Shown here one piece after another: positions 46,087-56,500 of a stretch of DNA of 64,000 nt. How positions within the stretch are numbered: the first letter of the stretch is position 1; the number at the start of each line of letters is the position of its first letter. The position numbers were made by a program, and so were the translations under genes. This DNA is from a virus: the IMG/VR virus record IMGVR_UViG_3300017934_000023, positions 5,280 to 69,279 of that record; one strand, written 5' to 3'. The notes below the pieces were generated by a model. The model ran no database searches. It saw only the letters and a program-made list of their open reading frames with translations, and had not been told where the DNA came from.

Positions 46087-46695
46087 ATGGAAATTATTAC
46101 AACTATAGACAGGTTGGGTAGAAAATTTTCTGCCGAAGATTTAACCGGACGAGTATTTGGACGACTCACTGTAATAGGATTATCTGAAAAGAAAACTCCG
46201 TCTCGAGGCGGATCTTTTAGATTAAGATGGGACTGTCGTTGTGAATGTGGAAATATATCTTCACCATGTCGTAGGGATCTTATTCAGGGTTTTACAAAAA
46301 GTTGTGGATGTTTACGAAACACCTTTCGACAATTACCTGGCGATGAAGCAAGTTTTCGCCAACGACTCGTTCAATATAAAACAAATGCACGAAACAGAAA
46401 ATTAGAATTTTCTCTGACGAAAGAAGAATTTCGAGAAATTACTGAGAAGCAGTGTAAATATTGTGGATCGGCGCCTAAAACTCATTATGAGTTTAAACGA
46501 AAAGTAATAAAAATTGTACCTTATCTTTGTAATGGAATAGATCGAATTGACAACACAAAAGGATACATATCCGGAAACTGTGTTGCTTGTTGTGATCTAT
46601 GTAACTACATGAAACGCAGCATGACTGTAAATGATTTTCTCAATCATGTAAGAACCATTGCACTCAACAACAAGGAGAACTCCAATCGGAAATAG
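46087..46695 (+). CDS. HNH-type homing endonuclease
   Basis: DLTGRVFGRLTV...CRCECG...KSCGC; CKYCG...NGIDRIDN..GY..GNCVACC..CN.MK. Confidence 0.88.
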   Translation: MEIITTIDRLGRKFSAEDLTGRVFGRLTVIGLSEKKTPSRGGSFRLRWDCRCECGNISSPCRRDLIQGFTKSCGCLRNTFRQLPGDEASFRQRLVQYKTNARNRKLEFSLTKEEFREITEKQCKYCGSAPKTHYEFKRKVIKIVPYLCNGIDRIDNTKGYISGNCVACCDLCNYMKRSMTVNDFLNHVRTIALNNKENSNRK

Positions 46696-47743
46696 CACAA
46701 CGCGCCTCCAAGATATTTGCGATTATGCTCGCAGCTATCCTGATTTAAATCCTGTATTAGCTACTGGTGGCTTCAGCCAGCAACCAGCCCTCACGATTGC
46801 AAACGACGTCATGATTGCCATGCTCTCGCGGCCGTTTGCTCCCAAGTGGAATCGCATCCGGCTGCCTTTTTTCTACACCAACTCCTGGCAGCAAGACTAT
46901 GCCCTGCTTGGTGTAAACAATTTGTCCTGGCTCGAGTACGGCGTCCTTATCGACATCAATTCGACCAGTGAACCGAAAGATAAGTACACGCTGGAAACCA
47001 ACCGCGACCTTCCCGAAACGTCGGTGCAGTACGGCCGGCCGGGACAAGTCTGCTGGCTCCCGAACGATCAGTTGGTCTACGGGACCTGGGGCGGGGCGAA
47101 TACTGGTGAAGGCTCTCAGTCAAATCCAGGGCCTGGGTCTGTGATCGGGGCTCTCCTAGGAGCTACTGCGCAGCCTGCCAATCCTATCCTGCAAATTCAA
47201 GATCCTAATGGGAATCTTTGGGTGATCTCTAACGCCCTGACTACCACTCGCGTGCTCGGCAACACTCAGCCCGTGTGGCCAACGGATCCTGTTTATCCTA
47301 CCCCGACAAATCCAAAACAAGTTGCTACCACGGTCAATGACGGAACTGCAGTTTGGACCGCGGTCAACCCCAAAGGCCAAGGTCTGCGGTTGAATCCTAT
47401 CCCATCTCAGCAAGGAAAAGTTTGGCAAGGCCGCGTCTTCGGTCAAGCTCGCGCCAATCAGTTCACCAGTCTCTCCCAATACATCGATCCGATTCCGGAC
47501 GATTACGCGTCATACTTCCGGCGCGGTTTCATCGCTTATGCGTACATGCATGCCAAGGATCCTAAGGTGCGCGCGAAGTTTATTGATCAGCAAAAGTTAT
47601 GGATGGAGTCTTTACAGGTATTCGCTCAAGCGCACGATCGTGAACGTGACAACACAGGTTTGTATCCTACGGATGCTATCATGCCGTCTCCTGGCAGTAC
47701 CTATTTAGGGCCAGCCAATCCGTACTTCCCAGGGGGGTACTAA
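46685..47743 (+). CDS. head-tail adaptor-like virion protein (apparent ATC start)
   Basis: LQDI...PAL.IAN..M..ML..PF...WNR...QQDY shared with 49213-50157; AAGGAG RBS 7 nt before ATC. Confidence 0.6.
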   Translation: MGNSTTRLQDICDYARSYPDLNPVLATGGFSQQPALTIANDVMIAMLSRPFAPKWNRIRLPFFYTNSWQQDYALLGVNNLSWLEYGVLIDINSTSEPKDKYTLETNRDLPETSVQYGRPGQVCWLPNDQLVYGTWGGANTGEGSQSNPGPGSVIGALLGATAQPANPILQIQDPNGNLWVISNALTTTRVLGNTQPVWPTDPVYPTPTNPKQVATTVNDGTAVWTAVNPKGQGLRLNPIPSQQGKVWQGRVFGQARANQFTSLSQYIDPIPDDYASYFRRGFIAYAYMHAKDPKVRAKFIDQQKLWMESLQVFAQAHDRERDNTGLYPTDAIMPSPGSTYLGPANPYFPGGY

Positions 47744-47765
47744 AGTACTATCAAATAAATGGTAC

Positions 47766-47794
47766 TTCACAAAGAATAAAAATTGTGCTATCAT
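47766..47794 (+). promoter_or_regulatory. sigma70-like promoter embedded in a long hairpin upstream of an HNH gene
   Basis: TTCACA, 17-nt spacer, TATCAT with extended TG; inside inverted repeat 47751-47802. Confidence 0.45.
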
Positions 47795-47810
47795 TTATTT
47801 GGAGATCACT

Positions 47811-48365
47811 ATGAAATCTCATTGTCGAAACGGCCACGAGAGAACAAAAGAAAATACTATGCAGCGTCCCGACGGACGAATTGAATGTAACGAATGTGCC
47901 AGCATAAGGGACAAAGCACGATACCCTGCTCGCAAAGACTCTGTGGTAGCACGCGCCAAAACATGGATGGAAAATAATCCTGAAAAATTCAAAGCATCTC
48001 AAGCAAAACAAGAATTACGCCCGGAAGTTAAAGAGCGCAGAAAGAAATTTTATGAAAAAACAAAAAGTGCAATCTGGCGCAGATACTCACATCTTAAGGC
48101 TAATGCGAAACGATATAACCGAGAGTTTACATTAACTTTTGAAGATTATGAAAACATGGTGACTCCTAATTCTTGCCACTATTGTTCTGGATCTCTTCCA
48201 GAAGCAGGAACTGGTACAGACCGTCAAGATAACAAATTAGGGTACACTAAAGAAAATTCAGTGGCGTGCTGTGAACGTTGCAACGAAAAGAAAGGTAGTC
48301 TGGAAGGGCTTGGATTCACCTACCCCCGCACAGTCGAACTCCTCAAGGAACTGCTAGGAAAATAA
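47811..48365 (+). CDS. HNH-type homing endonuclease
   Basis: HCRNGH...ECNEC N-domain; CHYC...DRQDNKLGYTKENSVACCERCNEKK. Confidence 0.85.
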   Translation: MKSHCRNGHERTKENTMQRPDGRIECNECASIRDKARYPARKDSVVARAKTWMENNPEKFKASQAKQELRPEVKERRKKFYEKTKSAIWRRYSHLKANAKRYNREFTLTFEDYENMVTPNSCHYCSGSLPEAGTGTDRQDNKLGYTKENSVACCERCNEKKGSLEGLGFTYPRTVELLKELLGK

Positions 48366-48371
48366 AACATC

Positions 48372-48989
48372 ATGAAGAAACCCTTGCTCTGGCTAGTCCG
48401 GCATGGGTCGACGACAGACAGCGGAAAAAATATCTTTCGTGGCCAGCGGGATTCAGCCCTGGACAAGAAAGGTTTTCTGGACGCGCACTCCTTGAAAGAC
48501 TTTTTCTCGGATAAGGAGTGGCACAGAATTTTCTGCTCTCCTATGACCCGGTCGATCCAGACGGCCACAATTATTTGCGACGATCAGGAAGACTATCAGC
48601 CTGAAACTACGGACGGACTCGAGCCGTGGAATATTGGATTTCTAACAGGCTTGCCAAAAAATCCTGATAATAAAAAGAAGATGGCTTTCTATCAGGACAA
48701 CCCCAGTGAGATTCCCGAAGATGGGGAATCTAGGAATCAATTCGAAGGGCGTATTTGGCCCCTGTTGGCTGATGCAATTCAGTTAGGATGGGAACAAGGT
48801 GTTCCTTGCATAGTGGTAGCGCACTCGAGTGTCATTCATTCCCTCAATCATCTTTTGATTGGGGAGAACGAAGATCTTCATCAAGCAGTAGAACCCGGCG
48901 GCGTCATTGAAGTCTATTTCGAAGACGGAGAAATAAAGCACCGTCCAATATTAAAAGCGTCTCAAAAAGACGATTCATCCTTCTCATAA
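48372..48989 (+). CDS. histidine phosphatase (phosphoglycerate mutase family)
   Basis: LVRHG, SPMTRSIQTA, GES, VVAHS. Confidence 0.9.
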   Translation: MKKPLLWLVRHGSTTDSGKNIFRGQRDSALDKKGFLDAHSLKDFFSDKEWHRIFCSPMTRSIQTATIICDDQEDYQPETTDGLEPWNIGFLTGLPKNPDNKKKMAFYQDNPSEIPEDGESRNQFEGRIWPLLADAIQLGWEQGVPCIVVAHSSVIHSLNHLLIGENEDLHQAVEPGGVIEVYFEDGEIKHRPILKASQKDDSSFS

Positions 48990-48999
48990 GGAACCTCCC

Positions 49000-49203
49000 A
49001 TGAGGAATTGGAATACTTGGGTTGTTATAGGCTGGATGATTTGGATCTTCGCGTTTCTTGGGATTGATTTTACTGTGTGGATGCTACACAACCCCCATAT
49101 TCCAACTTTCTCCCGCGTGTTTACGCGGCTACTGCCGTGGTGGTTGGTTGTACCCGCGGCTTTCATTCTGTTCGTTCATCTAACTTTGATGTATCGTCGT
49201 TAA
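49000..49203 (+). CDS. small 2-TM membrane protein
   Basis: Trp-rich hydrophobic helices; AAGGA RBS. Confidence 0.6.
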   Translation: MRNWNTWVVIGWMIWIFAFLGIDFTVWMLHNPHIPTFSRVFTRLLPWWLVVPAAFILFVHLTLMYRR

Positions 49204-49212
49204 GGAAAAATC

Positions 49213-50157
49213 ATGGCTGCTACTAAATCACTTCAAGATTCAATCAACTGGGTCAAGCCCTTCCTGAACTGGGCCAACTTAACGATTGGTGTGAACGGCG
49301 AACCCGCGGTCACGAGCGCCAACCAGGCTCTCCAGACTATCGTCGGGCCCCCGTTCGTGTGGCCCTGGAACCGTGCAAGTGCTTTCTTTCTAACAACGAT
49401 TGGTCAGCAAGACTATTCTGCAGCTTTAGCAAACTTCGGTTTCCTAGAGAGCGCATCGATCGAACTTTGCGGTGTAATTACACAAGTCGACGTTGTTGGC
49501 GGTGTTGCAACATATCAAGCTGTCAATGATTTCGCTTCTCTGCCGAACGGTGGTATAGGCCAAATTGTAACGACTACCGGGTGCGATGCTTCTTATCTGA
49601 ACGGAAACTTTGCAATTGTATCCTGCACTCCTACGCAATTCGTAGTGAATTTGGTTGGCTCCAATATTTCTGAAGTTGAAGTAGGTGCCCTTGCGGTTGC
49701 CGGTCCTAGCGTCCAATTGGAATTGAAATGGGGCGCCTTGTCGGAAGATCGGGCCCTAGATCGCCCGACCTTTATCTCCACTCAGGATTCTGATGAGAGT
49801 GGGACTACCTTCGTATTCCGGCTTATGCCTGTTCCGGAACGAAATTACCGCGTCAATCTTATCTACCAAGAATCCCCTGGTGCTTTCTCTGCGTCGAATT
49901 TAAATGCGACCTGGGGAATTCCTGATCAGCTTCAATATATCTACAATTACTTTTTCGCCTTCTTCATGTTCGATTACTTCGACGATCCTCGCGCGGCTCG
50001 TTATCGTCAATTGGCTGTCGCCGCGTTGCTCGCCCGTCAATCGGGTTTGAGCACGACTGATCGCAACCTATTCCTAGGAAATTGGTTGCCTATCATGAAG
50101 GAAGAAAGCGCGGGACAATCTGAAGTTAATCAGGGATCGCAAGGCCGAGGAATCTAA
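49213..50157 (+). CDS. tail adaptor/tubular protein A-like with inserted beta domain
   Basis: PPFVWPWNR, QQDY, FRLMPVPE..Y...L.YQ; precedes the nozzle-like gene. Confidence 0.6.
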   Translation: MAATKSLQDSINWVKPFLNWANLTIGVNGEPAVTSANQALQTIVGPPFVWPWNRASAFFLTTIGQQDYSAALANFGFLESASIELCGVITQVDVVGGVATYQAVNDFASLPNGGIGQIVTTTGCDASYLNGNFAIVSCTPTQFVVNLVGSNISEVEVGALAVAGPSVQLELKWGALSEDRALDRPTFISTQDSDESGTTFVFRLMPVPERNYRVNLIYQESPGAFSASNLNATWGIPDQLQYIYNYFFAFFMFDYFDDPRAARYRQLAVAALLARQSGLSTTDRNLFLGNWLPIMKEESAGQSEVNQGSQGRGI

Positions 50158-53100
50158 TGGCTCAAAACCTACTTCAAGCAAGTGGGGCGCAACCGCAGAA
50201 GCCAACGAAATTCGTTAGCCTCTTTACGTCGCGCTTCATGTCCGGGCTGTATACGAATCGCAGTCTACTGCGCAGCCCCTTGAATTTTATTTATTCAGAT
50301 TTCTATCATGCCGGCGCCACAGATGCTTTGTGTGATGGTTTGAACTCTGAGCTGTCGATTCGACAGACCATGATTCGCCGTCCAGGCAATCCTGAATGGT
50401 CTACGGCTTCAACGCCGTCTGCGATTGATCAGTTTTATTCTTTCCACATGTCGGATGGTACAATCCAGGTTATAGCAGATAGCGCTACAGACGTAGCCGT
50501 AGTTACCCCCACGTCTTACACTTCCATATTCACAAAAACATCCGGCGCGGGTGCATCTACTTTTGTTGGAATAAATAAGAGTTTATACATAGCTGACGGC
50601 ATAGATTTGGTGAAGTACATTCCTGGCACTACTAATCCTCAGACTGGAAAACCGGTTTGGAATTGGGGAGGTGTGGCTCCCACTACTGCGCCCACCATAG
50701 TTATTACAGAAACAGGATCGGCCGGAGTTGCCTGGGTAGCAGCCACAATGTGGACTACGATGGGTATGATCGTAGACAGCAATGGAAATGTTCAGCAAGT
50801 AGTTTCTGTAAATGCATCTGGAACAAATACAACTCAACTTGGCACAACAGGAAACGGCGCCCCTGCATTCAGCCTTACTCCTGGCGGAACAGTAACAGAA
50901 TCTTCTGGCACTCCAATCACCTGGACTAACTGGGGGATTATTGATACTTGGGGCGCAGGAAAACATTATAGAAGCCAAGGTTTTGCTCCAACTGGTGCAA
51001 CATTGAATCTTCCGTGTATCATTTATGACCCTGGAACCAACGCTTGTTATGAACAGATGTATGGTGGTTCTGGAGTCGTCCGCACTGCGGCGGGCCCCCG
51101 TCCACCTTTTACCGCGGTACAAGACTGGACTTGGAGTGACGGTCCTTATGGCGGTTCGTGTAAATGGATGTATTTGGGTTCTGGCAATCTTGGTCTGCCT
51201 CGTCTTTGGAAACCTGCAACATCTTATCCTTCATTTGCTGGCTCGGGGCTCGATCAGAGCTTGGTTGGCATTTCAACTCCTGTGTCGGTGCCTCAAGCAG
51301 GACTTGGCGGCGCAAATGCTACAACGATTTATTGGCAAATATCTTCTGGTGGCACATCTGGAACTTCTGCGTATGTTCCTTCGTGGTCTACCGCTATAGG
51401 CGGCTTAACGACAGATGGAGATTTGATTTGGAATTGTCTGGGCTCGGCTACTTGGCAAGCAAGTTTTCCTTATGTTCCGTGGTCTGCTGGCTCAAATAAT
51501 TTTAGCGTTATCGAAGATTCAAACGGAAATTTACAAGTTTGCATTTCGGCAAATGGAACTTCCGGAACTATTATTCCCGCAACTTGGGGAACAGCATACG
51601 GAGATACAACGTTAGACAATACTGGTTCTGTTTCCGGATCTGGCGTCACCTGGGCCTGCGTTGGCACTTCACTTTCGTGGGCTGCCTCAACCCAATGGTA
51701 TTTGCCTCTTAGCGGTTTTGTTCCCCCGCAGCCTTCTCAGGCTTACGGTGGCGCAACATTGAAAGATACCAACGGAAACAATCAGTATGTAATCAATTCT
51801 GGAAAGAGCCAAACTCCAGGTCCTCCTACTTGGGGTGCATTACATGCAAATACCACAGACGGCGCGGTCACTTGGTATGCTGCGTCCAAATTCACGGCTG
51901 CAGGATTTTCGTGGACAAAAGGTATGGGGTATTGTTATTCCTTCTTCGCGCGCACTGCTTTGGATGTCGACGTAACGACTTCGCCCCCGCTTCAAATGCC
52001 TGGGACAAATTCCCCCAATATTACGGGTCCTCTCGGTCCTCCAACGGGCTGCGGAGACGGATCAGTGACTACTGCTTCTCCTGTCGTTCAAATCACAGGC
52101 TCGAATGCTGGCGCACAAATTCTTTTAACTATGACCGGCTCTACTGATCCCCAGTTCGATACAATTCGAATTTTTCGTTCAACTGATGGCTTCGGTACAA
52201 GTGGTCCTTATCTATTCTTGACTGATATTCCTATGCCTGCAATGATTGGAGGTAATCCTGGAATAGCGCAGATAATCGATTTCATGCCGGATGAAGCTAC
52301 TTCACTTCTTCCCGGTCTAGATCCTCTTATCACTGCGCCAATCGATCATGCAAATGATCCGCCTCCGGGCCAATTTGGGTCTACACAATTTACTCAGTCC
52401 GGCTCTGCTACTCCCCTTATAGCAAAATTGGGCACAGTTATTTCTGACCCAGTTTACCATCAAGGCCGCATTTGGGCAGCTTTGGGAAATAGTGTATTTG
52501 CTTCTGATGGTCCTGATGTTGGAAATGGAAACGGAAATGGATTCACAGCCTGGAATCCCGCATATGAATTCCCTTTCGATTCTCCAGTAATTAGACTTGA
52601 CGCTACTGCGACAGCTTTAATCATCTATACAACGACAGGCATCTACCTAATCGGTGGAGGCCCCAACATCGCGGATTACTACTCACAATTGCTTGCTCCG
52701 GGCGTTGGACTTCTTTCCGCCAATGCAGCAACTATGGTACTTGGACTTCCGTATATGTTTTCTTCGGATCGTCAATTTATTACCGTGGATCCTAGCGGCG
52801 GCTACACACGCATTGGACATCCAATCGGAGATAAGTTATCTGCGTATGATCCATCACAGGTTTATGTAACTTATCACAGCTACGGAGATCAGGAGCATGC
52901 GCTTTTCATTTCAAATGGTTCTACGGAATGGTATCGGTGTGATCCTAATCCAACACCCGACAGCCAAATAACCGGTCCTATTTGGAGTCCTAGAGCAACT
53001 CTTTCTGGAGGCTTCAAAGCTTTCCAGTCTATTGAAGTTAGCCCGGGAACAAAGAAACTGTTGATAGGGCCTCCGGCCGCTGGAAATATTCTGGCTCGTG

Positions 53101-53537
53101 ATTCGACATTCACCGTGTTTGAAGATAATGGCAGCCCTTATGAATCATATTTCACAATCGGAAATATAGTTCTAGCGAATGCCGGTCAAATGGCGGCAAC
53201 CGATTTTATTGAAGGAACTTTTGTTCAGGTTGGATCTCAACCTACAGTATCTGTTTTATTCGATGAACTTAGTGCAACGAATGGGGCATCGTTTGAGAAG
53301 ATTTCAAACAGCTTCGTTTCTGATCCGCCCAAAAAATATGGACAAACTGGTACACCGGATACCATGTATATGAACCGGTACTATTTTGGACAAACAACTC
53401 CAGGCAATGTAAACACTGAACCTGTTCCTGCTTGGTGCAAATCCTTGCAGATAAAGGTTGATTTCGGTAATACGGATACAGTGCAGAATGAGATGTTGGC
53501 GTTCACTGTGTTCGGTGCTCTTTACCAAGAAAAGTAA
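50157..53537 (+). CDS. tail nozzle/tubular protein B-like with inserted Trp-anchored repeats
   Basis: 1126 aa; IRRPG, YHQGRIW, propeller-like C-terminus; repeated WxAxxxY...DxNGN...TxDG..W modules. Confidence 0.6.
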   Translation: MAQNLLQASGAQPQKPTKFVSLFTSRFMSGLYTNRSLLRSPLNFIYSDFYHAGATDALCDGLNSELSIRQTMIRRPGNPEWSTASTPSAIDQFYSFHMSDGTIQVIADSATDVAVVTPTSYTSIFTKTSGAGASTFVGINKSLYIADGIDLVKYIPGTTNPQTGKPVWNWGGVAPTTAPTIVITETGSAGVAWVAATMWTTMGMIVDSNGNVQQVVSVNASGTNTTQLGTTGNGAPAFSLTPGGTVTESSGTPITWTNWGIIDTWGAGKHYRSQGFAPTGATLNLPCIIYDPGTNACYEQMYGGSGVVRTAAGPRPPFTAVQDWTWSDGPYGGSCKWMYLGSGNLGLPRLWKPATSYPSFAGSGLDQSLVGISTPVSVPQAGLGGANATTIYWQISSGGTSGTSAYVPSWSTAIGGLTTDGDLIWNCLGSATWQASFPYVPWSAGSNNFSVIEDSNGNLQVCISANGTSGTIIPATWGTAYGDTTLDNTGSVSGSGVTWACVGTSLSWAASTQWYLPLSGFVPPQPSQAYGGATLKDTNGNNQYVINSGKSQTPGPPTWGALHANTTDGAVTWYAASKFTAAGFSWTKGMGYCYSFFARTALDVDVTTSPPLQMPGTNSPNITGPLGPPTGCGDGSVTTASPVVQITGSNAGAQILLTMTGSTDPQFDTIRIFRSTDGFGTSGPYLFLTDIPMPAMIGGNPGIAQIIDFMPDEATSLLPGLDPLITAPIDHANDPPPGQFGSTQFTQSGSATPLIAKLGTVISDPVYHQGRIWAALGNSVFASDGPDVGNGNGNGFTAWNPAYEFPFDSPVIRLDATATALIIYTTTGIYLIGGGPNIADYYSQLLAPGVGLLSANAATMVLGLPYMFSSDRQFITVDPSGGYTRIGHPIGDKLSAYDPSQVYVTYHSYGDQEHALFISNGSTEWYRCDPNPTPDSQITGPIWSPRATLSGGFKAFQSIEVSPGTKKLLIGPPAAGNILARDSTFTVFEDNGSPYESYFTIGNIVLANAGQMAATDFIEGTFVQVGSQPTVSVLFDELSATNGASFEKISNSFVSDPPKKYGQTGTPDTMYMNRYYFGQTTPGNVNTEPVPAWCKSLQIKVDFGNTDTVQNEMLAFTVFGALYQEK

Positions 53538-53549
53538 CGAGGAAAACAA

Positions 53550-56500
53550 ATGCCGGGACTAAAAGACGCACTCAAGAAGCCAGACAATATTGGCGATATG
53601 ATTCCGCCCGTTTCTCCCTCTGCGCAAAATGTCCCGGCAGTCACTCAGCGTGAACAACCCGGCTTAGCTCCCGGATCTCTCGGGCCGGCGCCTTCGATCT
53701 GGACCACGTCTTTCGATAGCGTTCGCCAGTGGATCCGCCCAGGAACTTCGCAACAGCGGTTTCCTCCTCTGCCGGTGAAAGCGAATCCTCAGGTCAATGC
53801 GGCCGCGCGCTCCGCGGCTCAATCAGTCGTAGCTGCTACAACGGCGGCTACACCTACAGATGATGATTCAATCGGTTTGAATTTGCAAACAGGAAGAGTT
53901 TATGCTATTCAAAGTGGAGATGAAAATAAACTGATTTCTATTGGTAATGCCGCTGGTGGATTTGTTTATCTTCCGCCTGTGGGGATAAGTTCTCCAAATC
54001 CGTCTTTTGGTTTAAATACACAAGCAACGGCTGCATCCGATAATACTCTTGTTGGAACTAGTCAATCATATGGTCCTTTCACACCTTCGGATGCTACTCA
54101 ATGCGTATTCACAGCTATCGTCACCGAGGGTATAACTACAATTGCGCCGAGCGGTTCTTCTGTTGTTCTCGGTGGAAATCACTTATTTTTGTCTACATTA
54201 ACAGTTAATCCAACTACTTATACAGCATCGTATCCTGCCGGTGCAGGCGCATCGATCGCGGCGGCTTCCTTTGATACTATAACAGGAACTGCGACGATAT
54301 CTCAATCTTCTGTCGGAAGTTATACGAATGCTATTGGTGGTACAGCCGGAGCAGTAAGCACTTCTGCTCTTTCAACTGGTGTTCCATCAGCGCATTCTAT
54401 TGTACTCGCGGTAGATATGATTTGGATAGTTGCCGAATCCGGCCACCCGGCTGTGGGCGGTCCTGCAGGAATTACTTCAATTGCAGATGATCAGGGAAAC
54501 GTCTATCAGTTGTTGGATTCAGCCACAGCAGCACTTCCTATAAATATCGGCGGCTTTACAAACAGTACTCTTGCCGCCTTATATTTTTGTGCTAGTCCGA
54601 AGAACGGACCTAAAACTTTTACTGTCAATACTTTTGGATCTTTCATCACTCAGGTTGATATAACAGTAGCTGATGTCAATGGATTATCTCTCCCTAATTT
54701 TTCTTCCTTAGTTTCGCCATTTTGGTGCTATGTAGAGAATACTGGAGTCGGTACTTTTAGTCTTATCTCTGGCGCTGCAATTGATGGAACATCTAATCCG
54801 CTTAGCTTGCCAGCTAATCAGGGCGTGTTGTTGGTTTGGAACGGCACCGGATGGTATACAGAGCGCGGCATTAGCAACGCTCCGGTTACATCAGTTTTCG
54901 GGCGTACAGGAGCGGTTGTAGCTCAGACGGGCGATTATACTGTCGCACAGGTGACAGGTGCTGCGCCTCTCGCTTCCCCAACATTCACTGGTGTTCCGGC
55001 GGCTCCGACAGCATCTCCGGGCGACAACACAACGCAGATCGCCACAGACGCATTTGTGGAAGCAGCCATAAACGGTATTATTTCTGGTTCTACGCCTGCG
55101 GACGGTTTACGCCACGGCGATGCCGTATGGATGAATGATAGTGCTTGGGTCGGTATGCGCGATGATTTTTTCGCATATGGTGGCAGCGGTAGTAGCGTCA
55201 TGGTCGGAAGTAGTTATGTTGGAATCGGAGAATTAGGCTGGTGCTTAGGTGGTCACCCTAAAACAACAGACGCAAAATTTTTTGCAGGAACAGGACCAAA
55301 TTTAGGGCAATTTAGCTGGACACCGTCTACAACGACAGATCAAGCGGGTGTTTTGATATTGAATGAGGCCAACCAAGACTTAGTTTTTCAACCGAACTCG
55401 ATGGCCTTATTAGAGAATCCCGGATGGAAGGCAAGTTGGGTTTTCAAAATCGGAAGTAACCAAATAAACACAACTACTCAGGTCGCGACAGCATTTACTT
55501 CAAAGTCTTTGTATGTTGGTTTGACAGGTCCAGTTATAAATTGCGTGATGGCGTCTTCTGGTGGAAGTAGACCAGATTGCTTTCTCGGTGTGCGATACGA
55601 CACATCTACTGTACCACCAGCATATGGAATAGTTTCTATTGCTGCGGCATCCGGTGGAAATACCGTTTATACTATCGCATCTAGTGGATTTAGCAGCGCA
55701 ACTCTTCCTGTCGGAATGAGTGTCACGGTCAGAGGCTGCTTGAATGCCGCGAATAACGGTACTTTTACCATTGTATCAAATACCGCAAGCACAATCACAC
55801 TGAATAATGCGGTAGGTGTTTTAGAAGCACTTCCGTCACCGGGCGTTTTGGCGCTTGCGGCGCAGCCATTGACTGCTGCGGCGGCTGTGGACGCTCATGG
55901 AAACACTGCTTATACAGCAACACAGATTAATCCGACTGGTTTAGTCGCATCTCAGTATGTTGGAATGTCTTTTGTTGTTTCGGGTTTCTTAACTACATTC
56001 GTAACTGGAACCACCAGCGGAACAATAACGGCAGGGCACACAGTTACTCAAGATGTGACAGGGGCAACCGCCGTTGTGGCATCACCGGCACCTACGGGAA
56101 CAAACCATCTAGTTTTCACCGGCACTCCCACAGGTGCGCCGGATAATAGTCATGCTTGGAGAGATAGTTCGGTTCCTTTGTCTAATTTCTATACTCCAAC
56201 ATCACTTCCTGCGTCAACAAACAACGGGACTTTTACTTGTATAGCGAATTTGACAACAAGCATCACACTTAACAATCCGAACGGTTTTGCTGAGACGCAA
56301 GCGGCCACAGCATCCAGCACAAGTTTGAACGACACAACTTTTAAGTTTGAATTGGTTGAAAATTATTCATACGGCGGCTCTTTTCGTCGTCAATTGCAGG
56401 GAACAGTAGTAGATACGACGGTCACTCCGACTTTGGGAACGTGGTATCGCCTTGACATGGTTTGTACCGTAGCAGGGCAAGTCACTCTATCGTTGAATGG

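Noticed and set aside
17911-48365. Group I introns or inteins housing the HNH genes
   Set aside because: Each HNH ORF lies between complete flanking genes; no split host gene or intein termini were seen
55750-56280. DGR template/variable repeat pair in the tail fibre
   Set aside because: The two similar segments are both in frame, differences are not confined to adenines, and no reverse transcriptase is in the window
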